DNA of 64,000 nt from Microcoleus sp. (GCA_052279835.1 CP181291.1:1056001-1120000); one strand, 5' to 3'; positions 10,401 through 18,527 are shown, counted from the first letter of the stretch. Numbers and translations are program-made. Notes: a model not told the origin generated them from the letters alone.

Positions 10401-11989
10401 ACTAACCGATAGGACAAACGAAAACGACTCGATTTGCCATCAATTGCAGCTTTTGCTAATTCTCCTAACCCTTCATGTAAAAGTTTCTGACACTCACTCT
10501 GAGTTTTGCCACATAGCTTTGCATAGATTTTGATAATCTGCTCTTTCCAGCCATAGAAATACTTAATAAAACTCGCATATAATTTAGCCTGAGTATCCGG
10601 TAAAGTTCCCTGTCTCGAACTCCAAATTTGACACAACATCCACAACCGCAACGGATTTTGAATCAACTCCTTGAGACGGGAATTCTCCGACTCTGCTAAT
10701 TGGGCCTCCAAACTCTCCCCCGTCGCAGCATCCCCCATCCCCGCAAACCAACGGCGAATATACTCCGTCACCTGTTCCGCATTAAACTCCAAATTGCGAA
10801 ACACATCAAACCCCGAAAAAGCATTTTTATCCGCCTCCCAAACATTCACCCGACAAGTCACCACCACCCGCGCCGCCTGCACCCATGTCCTTAATAAATC
10901 TTTCCCCAACTGCTGCATTCCTTGAGTGTTGGCCATTTCATCCACACCATCCAGCAACAACCAAACCCGACTCATTTGTGCTTCTAAATCACCGCGCGTC
11001 ACTTCTCCTGGACACCGAGGCAACCACACTTTTTCTAAATACTCGCAGATACTTTGCGCGCCTAATTCAGCTAAATCTATCCAAACCGGCAACCCCAAAT
11101 CTTGCTCTAAAATCCAATCGGCAATCTTCTGCAACCGCGTGGTTTTCCCCGCACCCGGTTCGCCAATAATCGCAATTTTTCGCCCTTGACTGATGTCGCT
11201 TTTCCCTTGTCGCAACACATCCTCAAAAAAGCGTTCTTCAGCAATGGGAATCAGTTTTTCTGTTTCTTTTTCCTGTTCTTCCTGCTGATTTCTGGGCTGA
11301 GGTTTGGGTTTTTGGCGTTCCACAATGGCTAAGGGAACATAAACGCCATCCAGTTGCGGAGTCATCCCGCTGGCGTTGGTGAAGAGGTTGGTGGTGAGTT
11401 CTTTTTGTAATGCGAGGTTTTGGCCGCAGATTTCTTGCCAGTTTATCGTTTCTTCTTTAGGTTTAGAGGTTTCATGGGATACCTCGAATGTGACTGACCC
11501 AAATTTAACCTTCCACTTTTCCTCAATTACTTCTAAATTATCTTTTTTCTCGGCAGTTTGATGCTTTAGCTGGAGGTGAAATTTCCAATAAGGGCTATTT
11601 TTAGCAGATCTTTTATCGTTAAGTAATTCCAATTCTTTTAAGCAGTCTAGAACATCTTGTACTGCATTCGCTCTTCTCTCGGCGTTATCAACATTCTTTT
11701 CATCCTTGGGTTGAGGGAGTTCCAATGCCTTTCCCAAACATTCCACCAATGCCCATAAATCTTCCTTAGTGATGCCTTTGTCAACGGTTTGGGTTCTGTT
11801 GTTGCGTTTTTGCTGAATTTTCCCCGATACCAGCAACTCCTTTCCATTTTGTAGCCATTCCACGTTGAAGGTAGCTTTCAGCTTATCCCCCGGCACGGCA
11901 ATTTCCCCATCCGCGAGGGCGAGTAACGCCTCAACGAGTGTTAAGACGTTCTTTTTTGTGGTGGCGTTTTTCCCGTATTTTCGTGTCAT
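7457..11989 (-). CDS. NACHT NTPase with HEAT/PBS-lyase repeats (bacterial NLR-like STAND protein)
   Basis: Walker A GEPGAGKTT, Walker B LLLDGVDE, NPLRL, FYHATFQEYFAA and many 31-aa xxLGKIDPGNPxAIAALI repeats; the open frame extends to 12070. Confidence 0.9.
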   Translation of the reverse strand: MTRKYGKNATTKKNVLTLVEALLALADGEIAVPGDKLKATFNVEWLQNGKELLVSGKIQQKRNNRTQTVDKGITKEDLWALVECLGKALELPQPKDEKNVDNAERRANAVQDVLDCLKELELLNDKRSAKNSPYWKFHLQLKHQTAEKKDNLEVIEEKWKVKFGSVTFEVSHETSKPKEETINWQEICGQNLALQKELTTNLFTNASGMTPQLDGVYVPLAIVERQKPKPQPRNQQEEQEKETEKLIPIAEERFFEDVLRQGKSDISQGRKIAIIGEPGAGKTTRLQKIADWILEQDLGLPVWIDLAELGAQSICEYLEKVWLPRCPGEVTRGDLEAQMSRVWLLLDGVDEMANTQGMQQLGKDLLRTWVQAARVVVTCRVNVWEADKNAFSGFDVFRNLEFNAEQVTEYIRRWFAGMGDAATGESLEAQLAESENSRLKELIQNPLRLWMLCQIWSSRQGTLPDTQAKLYASFIKYFYGWKEQIIKIYAKLCGKTQSECQKLLHEGLGELAKAAIDGKSSRFRLSYRLVSEYLGERNDETSLLSLALSLGWLNRVDTDFDEPKESVYGFYHATFQEYFAALAVKDWDDFLPRNHVDFPVVGKEYRIFAAQWKQVILLWLGLEGVNRNQKEEFIEALIEFKGGCNDFYKYQAYFLAAAGIAEFKDCSRADEIVATIIRWGFGYFNIEKQEWQTFLYRIAKDSRAALLQTNYRIGVNQLIHLLKATEYEDDRLRVAQILGKIDPGNPEAIAALIQLLSATNSVFTIWRVAQILAKIAISNSEAIAALILILSATDDGYTRLTVAEILGKIAVGNSEAIAALIVILSATTNESTRSTSADILGKIATGNPEAIATLSAILSGTNDEKIRFYVAYILGKIDTGNPYVATALINNLSKKNHEYTRRISASIFGLIGTENPEVIAALIGILSETNDEDTRRRVAESLARISTVNPKAIAALIEFLSANNYASYHAYVIRFWTEISTEKSEVIAALIKILSATNDKDTRWEVANSLGKIDPHNPKVIAALIKLLSTTNDESIHQIVAESLGKIDPGNPKAIAALIGILSATNDEHTRWRVAESLGKIDPGNPKAIAALIGILSATNDEHTRWRVAKSLGKIDPGNPKAIAALIKLLSTTNDENIRDYVAFNLGKIDPGNPKAIAALIGILSATNDEHTRWRVAESLGKIDPGNPKAIAALIGILSATNDKDTRWRVANSLVEIATGNPETIAALIQLLSTTNDGFIYWRVAEILGKIDPGNPEAIAALIRILSMTNDDDNREKVTESLNKILQNEQMPSVVSALQHFLCNTSDETNSNLYNYSFEIIWNCAQNLPYPTFYQAWHHQLTTPHPEVPETTGVGSTPFTQSLNLADLPNILDARLADTQLIESLQLICIDTSKFIDSDNPALDIYGQFLDKNFPQRPNREPETLAQLKSYWNQLCRDSDKHLILIFYEGPTSPATQGLSPTFLNALTRFDGTICLITDTPHPPLQTFSPHDPDLLQSVVNWLKRVHLES

Positions 11990-12161
11990 CGCTACCTTTT
12001 GAGTAAAATTTATCGTCGCTTGGGCAAGTTTGCCCGCAGGCGTCGGTTTGCCCAAGCGTATAACGCTCATTATACAAGGGTTTCAGGATTTTTGGTTTGT
12101 GCTTGCGTGGGCAAAAGCCCAAAAAAACAATTTACCTCATAAGCACAAAACGAGGTGAATT

Positions 12162-12377
12162 ATGGCTACCCAGGAAGATAGAATCAAGCAACGCGAAGCA
12201 TTGGAAGATATCCATGATAACTTTGTGCAACCGCATATCGATCAGTTGAGTGAAGTCAGCACTCAGTCTTCACCTAATATTGATGTTGCGCTTCCTGGGT
12301 TTTGCTATGTGTCGGGATGGTTGGTTTTGGTTGTATTGTATTGTTTTTGGACGCGCTATCGGATGTCATTGGAATAG
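12162..12377 (+). CDS. Small hypothetical protein with C-terminal hydrophobic segment
   Basis: GAGGTG RBS; divergent from the NACHT gene. Confidence 0.5.
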   Translation: MATQEDRIKQREALEDIHDNFVQPHIDQLSEVSTQSSPNIDVALPGFCYVSGWLVLVVLYCFWTRYRMSLE

Positions 12378-12389
12378 TCTGTATTATTC

Positions 12390-12440
12390 GGCGGTTGAAA
12401 CCGCGTCTACAGAAACGAAGTCTACCTCCGCAGACTAAGA
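12390..12440. repeat. Dispersed repeat GGCGGTTGAAACCGC...AGTCxxCCTxCGCxGACT
   Basis: Reverse-complement copy at 28154-28203. Confidence 0.75.
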
Positions 12441-12507
12441 GGTAAACGGGGTATTTAAACCAGGTTTGGTATAATATCGTTATATCAAACTGCTACTATA
12501 TGAGCTG

Positions 12508-12954
12508 ATGGCAAAACTTTACTATCGTGGGATGGCGGAGCTAAATGGTAAGCCAAAAATAGGTCGCAATGCTAGATTATTAGGGGTTAGACCTGGTATT
12601 GACATAGATATTGAACAAATGCCGACAGGTTATCTAAATGACCAAGGCTATTTGTTAGCAGATTCAGAACGTGTGTTTCGAGGAGAGCTTGTTGTTGTTG
12701 AAGTCAGGAATACAAAAGGAATGTCCGTTTCCCTTTCAATTGAAAGTTTACCAGCTTTTCGCAGACCTGCAAAATTTGGTGGAACTGGAAAAGACCCCCT
12801 ATGGCAAATTGATGACAGAAACATTATAGGAGATTTGCAGGCTGTCCAAGATAGCCCCACCCACGTTAGCATCTTGCCAAGAGCTACAATGTCTCTGGAA
12901 AGGTATGAGGCTGCATTGGCAAATACCCAAAATGATTGGGAAAGAGTTGATTAA
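12508..12954 (+). CDS. Tse2-like ADP-ribosyltransferase-fold toxin (putative)
   Basis: YYRGM, GVRPGIDI, GMSVS, D..THVSILP and MSLERYEAAL pattern resembles the Tse2 family; followed by a partner gene. Confidence 0.65.
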   Translation: MAKLYYRGMAELNGKPKIGRNARLLGVRPGIDIDIEQMPTGYLNDQGYLLADSERVFRGELVVVEVRNTKGMSVSLSIESLPAFRRPAKFGGTGKDPLWQIDDRNIIGDLQAVQDSPTHVSILPRATMSLERYEAALANTQNDWERVD

Positions 12955-12981
12955 CTTTATATATCATAGGAGTCTATAACA

Positions 12982-13509
12982 ATGGCGTGGATATTCAGTT
13001 TATCGGCAGAGTGTGGCTCTGATGAAGCCAAGGTTAATAAATTTGCTGAACACTTTGAGGGCATAAAATGGATGCTCTCAAATAATCGCCAATGTCTATG
13101 TCGAACAGATACTTTTCAAGATATGGAGCAAAATTGGTGGTGTCGTGTTTATCCCAATAATATTAGTGAAGTGGGAATAGATAGCCCTGAAAGTGCTTAT
13201 ATGATGACAGAGTTAGGTATTTTATTTTATCTAAATCTACGCTTTGCTCGTTGCTTTCGCTATGCTTTGGTTGGGGTTGAAGTTGATGAATTCAGAACCT
13301 ATAGTGAACTTATGGAGGATTTATCTAATTTATCTATTCCGGGATTAGTTTTGGCAAAGGAACTTACTCATGGGCTAGAAATATTACCAGTTTTTCGAGA
13401 GTTTAGTCCTAGTTATATATGGCAACCATACGAGGGGGAAGTCTATAATCCATTAATGGCATCCCCAGAGTTGAAAAATAAGCTAAATGAGCTTCTGGCT
13501 GTGAGTTAA
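12982..13509 (+). CDS. Hypothetical protein, candidate immunity protein
   Basis: AGGAG RBS, 27 bp downstream of the toxin-like gene, 175 aa. Confidence 0.7.
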   Translation: MAWIFSLSAECGSDEAKVNKFAEHFEGIKWMLSNNRQCLCRTDTFQDMEQNWWCRVYPNNISEVGIDSPESAYMMTELGILFYLNLRFARCFRYALVGVEVDEFRTYSELMEDLSNLSIPGLVLAKELTHGLEILPVFREFSPSYIWQPYEGEVYNPLMASPELKNKLNELLAVS

Positions 13510-13740
13510 ATATACTTTGAGGAGGAGGGAGTTTAGGTAAGTAAAAAGCCGATCGAGTTCGTTGATGGCGGTGAGTTCGTCTTGTTCTTCAGCGGTTAGG
13601 TCATTGATTTTATTTTTTTCCAGAAGGGTTTCTAAATGGAGTTGAAGTCGATCGGTAAATTTGAACAAAGGGCGATTATTGACTGTTTCGACTTTAATTC
13701 CGGTTTCAATCAGCGAGGGAGGTTGAATGACAACTTGCAT
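13483..13740 (-). CDS. Small hypothetical protein (antitoxin-like)
   Basis: LETLLEKNK..LTAEEQDEL..I.ELDR motif; convergent overlap with 12982-13509. Confidence 0.65.
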   Translation of the reverse strand: MQVVIQPPSLIETGIKVETVNNRPLFKFTDRLQLHLETLLEKNKINDLTAEEQDELTAINELDRLFTYLNSLLLKVYLTHSQKLI

Positions 13741-13813
13741 AATAATTTGATTTTGATGAATTGTTTGTCATGTTTAAGCCTTGTCCATATTTTATCTCAA
13801 ATTACGGGAGGCC

Positions 13814-13878
13814 AGAAACCGGGTTTTTCCCTTGAATACTCGTCACACCTCACAGAAACTGCTAAAAACCCGGTTTCT
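13814..13878. repeat. Palindromic dispersed repeat, copy 3
   Basis: Same arms; also shares the atattttatctcaaat flank with copy 2. Confidence 0.85.
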
Positions 13879-13956
13879 TTGATATTTACACGATCGCCCT
13901 TCAAGACACAAAAGTCGATCGCACTTAACATCAAAAAGTGCGATCGCCCTTAAAGA

Positions 13957-14190
13957 CTATTCTTTCCAGTAACGAGTTAAAATCCGCATCACCTCACCCG
14001 CTAGAGGCGAAGGTAAAGGCGGGCTCCATTCCCCAACTTGTGCAAAACCCAAAACGTGCAGCAGATTAACAATGCTTTCTACCGCTTTGGGAACCCCGCA
14101 AATGAGCAAACGAATCGGTTGTTTCCCTTGAGGTACGTCGGGAATTTCTTCCCGGAGCAGTTCGGGAACAGATTTTGGCTGTGATATCAT
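13957..14190 (-). CDS. Conserved 77-aa hypothetical protein, copy 1
   Basis: AGGAGA RBS; 73/77 aa identical to 14950-15183. Confidence 0.85.
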   Translation of the reverse strand: MISQPKSVPELLREEIPDVPQGKQPIRLLICGVPKAVESIVNLLHVLGFAQVGEWSPPLPSPLAGEVMRILTRYWKE

Positions 14191-14386
14191 AGGTATTTCT
14201 CCTGAATATGGGAGTTCAAGCCCCCACCGAACGATCGCGAGTCTGAGCGGTGGGGGCTTGGTTTTTGTTTGTTAGATTAGTATAGCATAAGCTAGATTGC
14301 GGTGTGCTACTTTAGCTCAAAAAAATCTAAAAAATTTGCAGTCAGCTAAAATGACATGATGAACACGCTACCCCCAAACAATGTGA

Positions 14387-14563
14387 GTCCCTGCAAAATC
14401 TCCTAGAGTTGCTTTTTACCCCCCGCCTGAAGTTAAGGAGAAGTTAGAGAAACTGGCGAGTATTGAGCGTCGTTCGATTTCCCAAATGGCACTACTTTTG
14501 GTGGAGGAAGGGCTCGAAAGAGCGCAGAAGGAAGGTAAGTTCAATGAATCCAAAGACGATTAA
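14387..14563 (+). CDS. Ribbon-helix-helix (CopG/Arc-like) protein without a canonical start; possibly a pseudogene
   Basis: Reads VPAKSPRVAFYPPPEVKEKLEKLASIERRSISQMALLLVEEGLERAQKEGKF...; first codon is GTC after an in-frame TGA; not in the ORF track. Confidence 0.6.
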   Translation, partial: VPAKSPRVAFYPPPEVKEKLEKLASIERRSISQMALLLVEEGLERAQKEGKFNESKDD

Positions 14564-14650
14564 GCTGCTAACTTTGTCTTCACCGCTGGTGGTCGATGCC
14601 TGCGTGTCCTGCCGTATACTTTGTTTTGCACGGTGATGCGGTACGATACA
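14544..14650 (+). pseudogene. Remnant of a GIY-YIG nuclease N-terminus
   Basis: MNPKTIKLLTLSSP followed in another frame by PACPAVYFVLHGDAVRY, resembling the (G/A)IYF...YIG segment; truncated. Confidence 0.4.
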
Positions 14651-14679
14651 ATAAGGCAGTAAAAGCACAAATCACAGCC

Positions 14680-14889
14680 TTGCCAGCAAAACTCCCCAGA
14701 ATAGTTGTATATCTTCCAGAAGAACTGAAAGCAGACCTAGAGCGGTTAGCTAAATCGCATCATCGACCGGTCTCTAATATGGTGTTGACATTAATTCAAG
14801 AAGCAGTAGATGAGGCTAAATCTGAGGGGAGAATTCAAAGCGAAGATCGATCGCACCTACAGAAAAGCGACAGCAACGAACAAGACTGA
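14680..14889 (+). CDS. Ribbon-helix-helix (CopG/Arc-like) DNA-binding protein
   Basis: TTG start, (M)PAKLPRIVVYLPEELKADLERLAKSHHRPVSNMVLTLIQEAV; paralogous to 14387-14563. Confidence 0.75.
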   Translation: MPAKLPRIVVYLPEELKADLERLAKSHHRPVSNMVLTLIQEAVDEAKSEGRIQSEDRSHLQKSDSNEQD

Positions 14890-14905
14890 TTTTGGATTAA
14901 AACAA

Positions 14906-14943
14906 GGGCGATCGCACTTAACATCAAAAAGTGCGATCGCCCT
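14906..14943. terminator. Hairpin built from HIP1 sites between convergent genes
   Basis: gggcgatcgcactt-aacatcaaa-aagtgcgatcgccc; duplicated at about 13916-13950. Confidence 0.6.
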
Positions 14944-14949
14944 TAAAGA

Positions 14950-15183
14950 CTATTCTTTCCAGTAACGAGTTAAAATCCGAATCACCTCACCCGCTAGAGG
15001 CGATGGTAAAGGCGGGCTCCATTCCCCAACTTGCGCAAAACCCAAAACGTGCAGCAGATTAACGATGCTGTCTACCCCTTTGGGAACGCCGCACAACAGC
15101 AAACGAATCGGTTGTTTGCCTTGAGGTACATCAGGAATTTCTTCCCGGAGCAGTTCGGGAACTGATTTTGGTTGTGATATCAT
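14950..15183 (-). CDS. Conserved 77-aa hypothetical protein, copy 2
   Basis: Lies in a 278-bp direct repeat (14909-15186 versus 13916-14193). Confidence 0.85.
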   Translation of the reverse strand: MISQPKSVPELLREEIPDVPQGKQPIRLLLCGVPKGVDSIVNLLHVLGFAQVGEWSPPLPSPLAGEVIRILTRYWKE

Positions 15184-15406
15184 AGGGTTTGAACTACAGA
15201 AGTAGTGGAATTGCGATCGCCCTTAAGTTTTCGACGACAGGGGGCGATCGCTTTTCCGTTTGTACATCCTGAGTCTAGTTCATTTTGCGCATTTAGTCAA
15301 CTGTTCCAGATAAATAATTTACCGGAGCGGTTAACTGAGGAAAAGTTAAGGTTGCAAAATGCTAACATCAGCTTGCAATATCATGGCCAGCAGTTGAGCG
15401 TCAGCA

Positions 15407-15631
15407 GTGATCCGTTGGAAATTGGCAGTTGTAATGGCCGAGCGTAATATCAGCAATAAAGAGTTGGCTGCTTTAATTGGAATGCACCCGACTTCCTTTT
15501 CTAGACTCAAAACCCGTCGCCGACTCACCCGAATCGACGAAGCAACCCTTAGCGCCTTGTGCAGGGCACTGAAATGTCAGCCGGGAGATTTAATGGTTTA
15601 TGAGGAGGACGAGCCCGATCGCTTAAAATGA
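15407..15631 (+). CDS. Cro/C1-type (XRE) helix-turn-helix regulator
   Basis: IRWKLAVVMAERNISNKELA...TLSALCRALKCQPGDLMVY. Confidence 0.85.
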   Translation: MIRWKLAVVMAERNISNKELAALIGMHPTSFSRLKTRRRLTRIDEATLSALCRALKCQPGDLMVYEEDEPDRLK

Positions 15632-15680
15632 CATACTACCTACTGCTTACTCTTCGCCAGATGGATGTTTGCTTCTTGCT

Positions 15681-17144
15681 TTAGGGCGATCGGTCAAATT
15701 CACCAACCTGTTTTTGACCAGATGTCATAGCCAAAACCAAAACACTCAAAGTAATCCCCAAAACCGCATAACTCGGCAATGAAAAAACAGTTACTTTCAA
15801 CAAATAAGGCAATTCCCCACCCTTCCAATTCCACCGCTTTCCCAGAAACACCAACAACCCAGCATGAATCACCGCAGTTTGCACCAAAATACAGCCAACT
15901 CCCAATAACCAAACAGACATTCTCTTGCCAGAAAAGACACAATTTTTAATCTGAAAATACAAATCGTTCAGCAAAAAAACCACCGCCGGTGCTAACATCA
16001 CCGAACTCGTTGGCTGAGAATAGTTAATCGCAATACTCAAACAAGAAACCAACACCATTTCAGCTAAATCAATATTTTTTGACCAAGCATTGCGAGATTG
16101 TTTTCGGTAAAAATACCAACTTACTAAACCAACTAACACCAGAATAATTAAATCCGAAAATAGCTTAGCTAGAAATGGAATATCGGGGAAAAATCTCGGC
16201 CCCACAACCCTTAAATCGATGCGACTCATCGAAATATAAGGATTATTTGATGGATCGTTGAGCCACAGTGGAAATCCACGAATAGCATCCTGTAGAAATC
16301 CTGTTAAGGAATTACCGGATATCGCCAAACCGAACAGTGCTAGAGAAATTGCCGTAATTATCGAGACAAAAACTAGATAAAACCGTTTTTTGATGAAAAA
16401 ATAAGGAATAAATAATATAACTAAGGTTGGTTTAAAAAGGGCAATTCCCAATAAAATCCCTGCGGGTAAATCCCGATTATTTCGAGCTAAAATAAACATC
16501 CACAACAGCAGCATAGCAATAAAAGTTGCCACATTGCCAACTTGCAAATCGAAGACGAAACCGTAGAGAAATGCCACTGATATACTGCAAATAGTCCTGA
16601 AAGCTCGTGACTGCGACTCCAACAGGATATTCGCTCCCCATAAAACAAAACCTGTGGCGATCGGATGCAGCACAATCCAGATTGTGAATGCAGTCTTCAT
16701 CGGAAAGTAACCCAGAAACCAGATCGGAGGAATGATATTAGGTGGATAAACAAAAGATGGAATCAGCCCACACACCTTTGTGATTCGACAAAAACCTTGG
16801 TTAAATACTTCGACATTAAAAGGACTCAAGTGCTCGTGGGCTAATTTACTTGCTACATAAAACCACTTGAAATCCCAGTAAGGAGGGTCTGGTCGATTGG
16901 TCAAATCGTAAACTAACCAAATTGTATAACACAGCAATCTGGTGACAGCTAATATAAGGACAGCTTGGAAAATCCAGCTAACGATAGGTCGAGAACAAAA
17001 CTGACTAAACTTTTGGATGGCGGGAGCTTTTAAAAATAAAGAATTTTGCCATGCTGTTTTGTCGCGGTCTAATCGCCAATTATATTTGAGAAACCAAGCA
17101 ACTGTAATGATAATAACTAAATTCCACCATCCCAAGCTAATCAT
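15681..17144 (-). CDS. GT87/DUF2029-family membrane glycosyltransferase (GT-C)
   Basis: Polytopic; DFKWFY, FVYPP, GNV and AGILLGIALFKP motifs. Confidence 0.8.
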   Translation of the reverse strand: MISLGWWNLVIIITVAWFLKYNWRLDRDKTAWQNSLFLKAPAIQKFSQFCSRPIVSWIFQAVLILAVTRLLCYTIWLVYDLTNRPDPPYWDFKWFYVASKLAHEHLSPFNVEVFNQGFCRITKVCGLIPSFVYPPNIIPPIWFLGYFPMKTAFTIWIVLHPIATGFVLWGANILLESQSRAFRTICSISVAFLYGFVFDLQVGNVATFIAMLLLWMFILARNNRDLPAGILLGIALFKPTLVILFIPYFFIKKRFYLVFVSIITAISLALFGLAISGNSLTGFLQDAIRGFPLWLNDPSNNPYISMSRIDLRVVGPRFFPDIPFLAKLFSDLIILVLVGLVSWYFYRKQSRNAWSKNIDLAEMVLVSCLSIAINYSQPTSSVMLAPAVVFLLNDLYFQIKNCVFSGKRMSVWLLGVGCILVQTAVIHAGLLVFLGKRWNWKGGELPYLLKVTVFSLPSYAVLGITLSVLVLAMTSGQKQVGEFDRSP

Positions 17145-17327
17145 AGGAATTGACCTCCTATTTTAGGGTAACTTGTTTTTCCCCAAATAGCTGGTATTGC
17201 AACAATGTTTTACAATTAAATCCGTCCTTTTAGGAAGGGGGTTTCCACCCATTTTTGCGATCGGATTGGTGAAAATTTGGTATTTTAATCTTAATAGTTA
17301 GTAATTACCAACCTGGAATTAAATAAA

Positions 17328-17366
17328 AGATAGCTGTATGGTGGGCATCGTCCATACAGCTATCTT
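17328..17366. terminator. Hairpin terminator
   Basis: agatagctgtatgg...ccatacagctatct just past the stop of 17394-17933. Confidence 0.65.
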
Positions 17367-17393
17367 CTAGGCTATTGCTGTTAGTTCAACACC

Positions 17394-17933
17394 TTAGACA
17401 GCGATCGACATACTCATTTCATGACTGATTCTATCTAGCATCCGCTTCGCTTGACTGACATCCTCGTCGCTACCTGTCACCAGAATGATGAACTTGCCTG
17501 CTTGGATTTGAGTCTCGTACTTCAGTACCTCGTGCTTCGGGATTCCCAATCCTCCCAAAGCACCCGCCAGCCCTCCTACAGCAGCAGCACCAGCCCCGCC
17601 AACCAGCGTTCCTTCCAACCAACCCGCCAACACTCCAGCAATCGGGCCTGCAATGATGAGTGGGGTCATTCCGGGAATAAACAGGACTCCAGCCCCTGCT
17701 AAAATGCCAAATAAACCTCCTACGAAGCTACCCCAATAACCACCTCCTATGGCTCCAGCTTTGGCTGTATCTTTCCAGGTGAGAAATCCGCGCACCTGTT
17801 CAGTGGTGTGGTAGTCTTTGCCAATTATTGAGAGCTTTTGCACATCGAAGCCTTCTTTTTGCAGCTCCAATACAACCCTTTCTGCTTCTGCATGGGAGGG
17901 GAAATCAGCAACAATGGTATGTGTGTATGACAT
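17394..17933 (-). CDS. General stress protein (YflT/DUF1269-like, glycine-zipper membrane segment)
   Basis: AE..V.ELQKEGFD..LSIIGKD, Gly/Ala-rich core, LGIPK....YE..I.AGKF. Confidence 0.8.
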   Translation of the reverse strand: MSYTHTIVADFPSHAEAERVVLELQKEGFDVQKLSIIGKDYHTTEQVRGFLTWKDTAKAGAIGGGYWGSFVGGLFGILAGAGVLFIPGMTPLIIAGPIAGVLAGWLEGTLVGGAGAAAVGGLAGALGGLGIPKHEVLKYETQIQAGKFIILVTGSDEDVSQAKRMLDRISHEMSMSIAV

Positions 17934-18101
17934 GAGTTTTTTTTCCTTGATTATTTGTCCGCATGATGGACGAAACTTTTGATTCTTTGAGTTGTTTTTG
18001 ATGCTTTGGAAGACCTGTGCATCACAGGCTGACTGAGAATGCTGCAACATCTCAGGTCAATCTACTTCCCGACTAGCTTGCTTTAATCGTTTAATCCTGT
18101 C

Positions 18102-18527
18102 TTAATTCTCCGTATTTCCCGCAGCAGTTGTTGCGTCTAGTCTCGTGCAAATTGCTTTCAAAGTTGCTTCTTGAGCTTCTTCTAGGGTCGCCATTGCGAA
18201 TAAGATTGCTGTAGTGGCATAGTCCTCAGCTTTATCCGCTCGATGTTCTAGTTTCTTGACTTCCCGACTCGCTTTCCATTCCTCGACGTTCGACTTCACC
18301 TCAGATTCTTTTTCGTCAAATTGAGTTTTAAGCTTGGCCCGATACTCATCAAATTCTTGTTTCTTAGCTTCTAGATTTGTCTTCATTTCGTCGATTTTCG
18401 CTTGAAGCTCAGCTTGAGTGTTTTTAGTCGCAGATTCAACGCTTTCTTTTAGCGATTTTGCCCGGTTTTCAACGGCTTCTAAATTGTCATGAAGTTGTTG
18501 AGTGAAGTTGTCAATTGTCGTACTCAT
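18102..18527 (-). CDS. Hypothetical coiled-coil protein
   Basis: 141-aa K/E/A-rich helical ORF. Confidence 0.8.
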   Translation of the reverse strand: MSTTIDNFTQQLHDNLEAVENRAKSLKESVESATKNTQAELQAKIDEMKTNLEAKKQEFDEYRAKLKTQFDEKESEVKSNVEEWKASREVKKLEHRADKAEDYATTAILFAMATLEEAQEATLKAICTRLDATTAAGNTEN

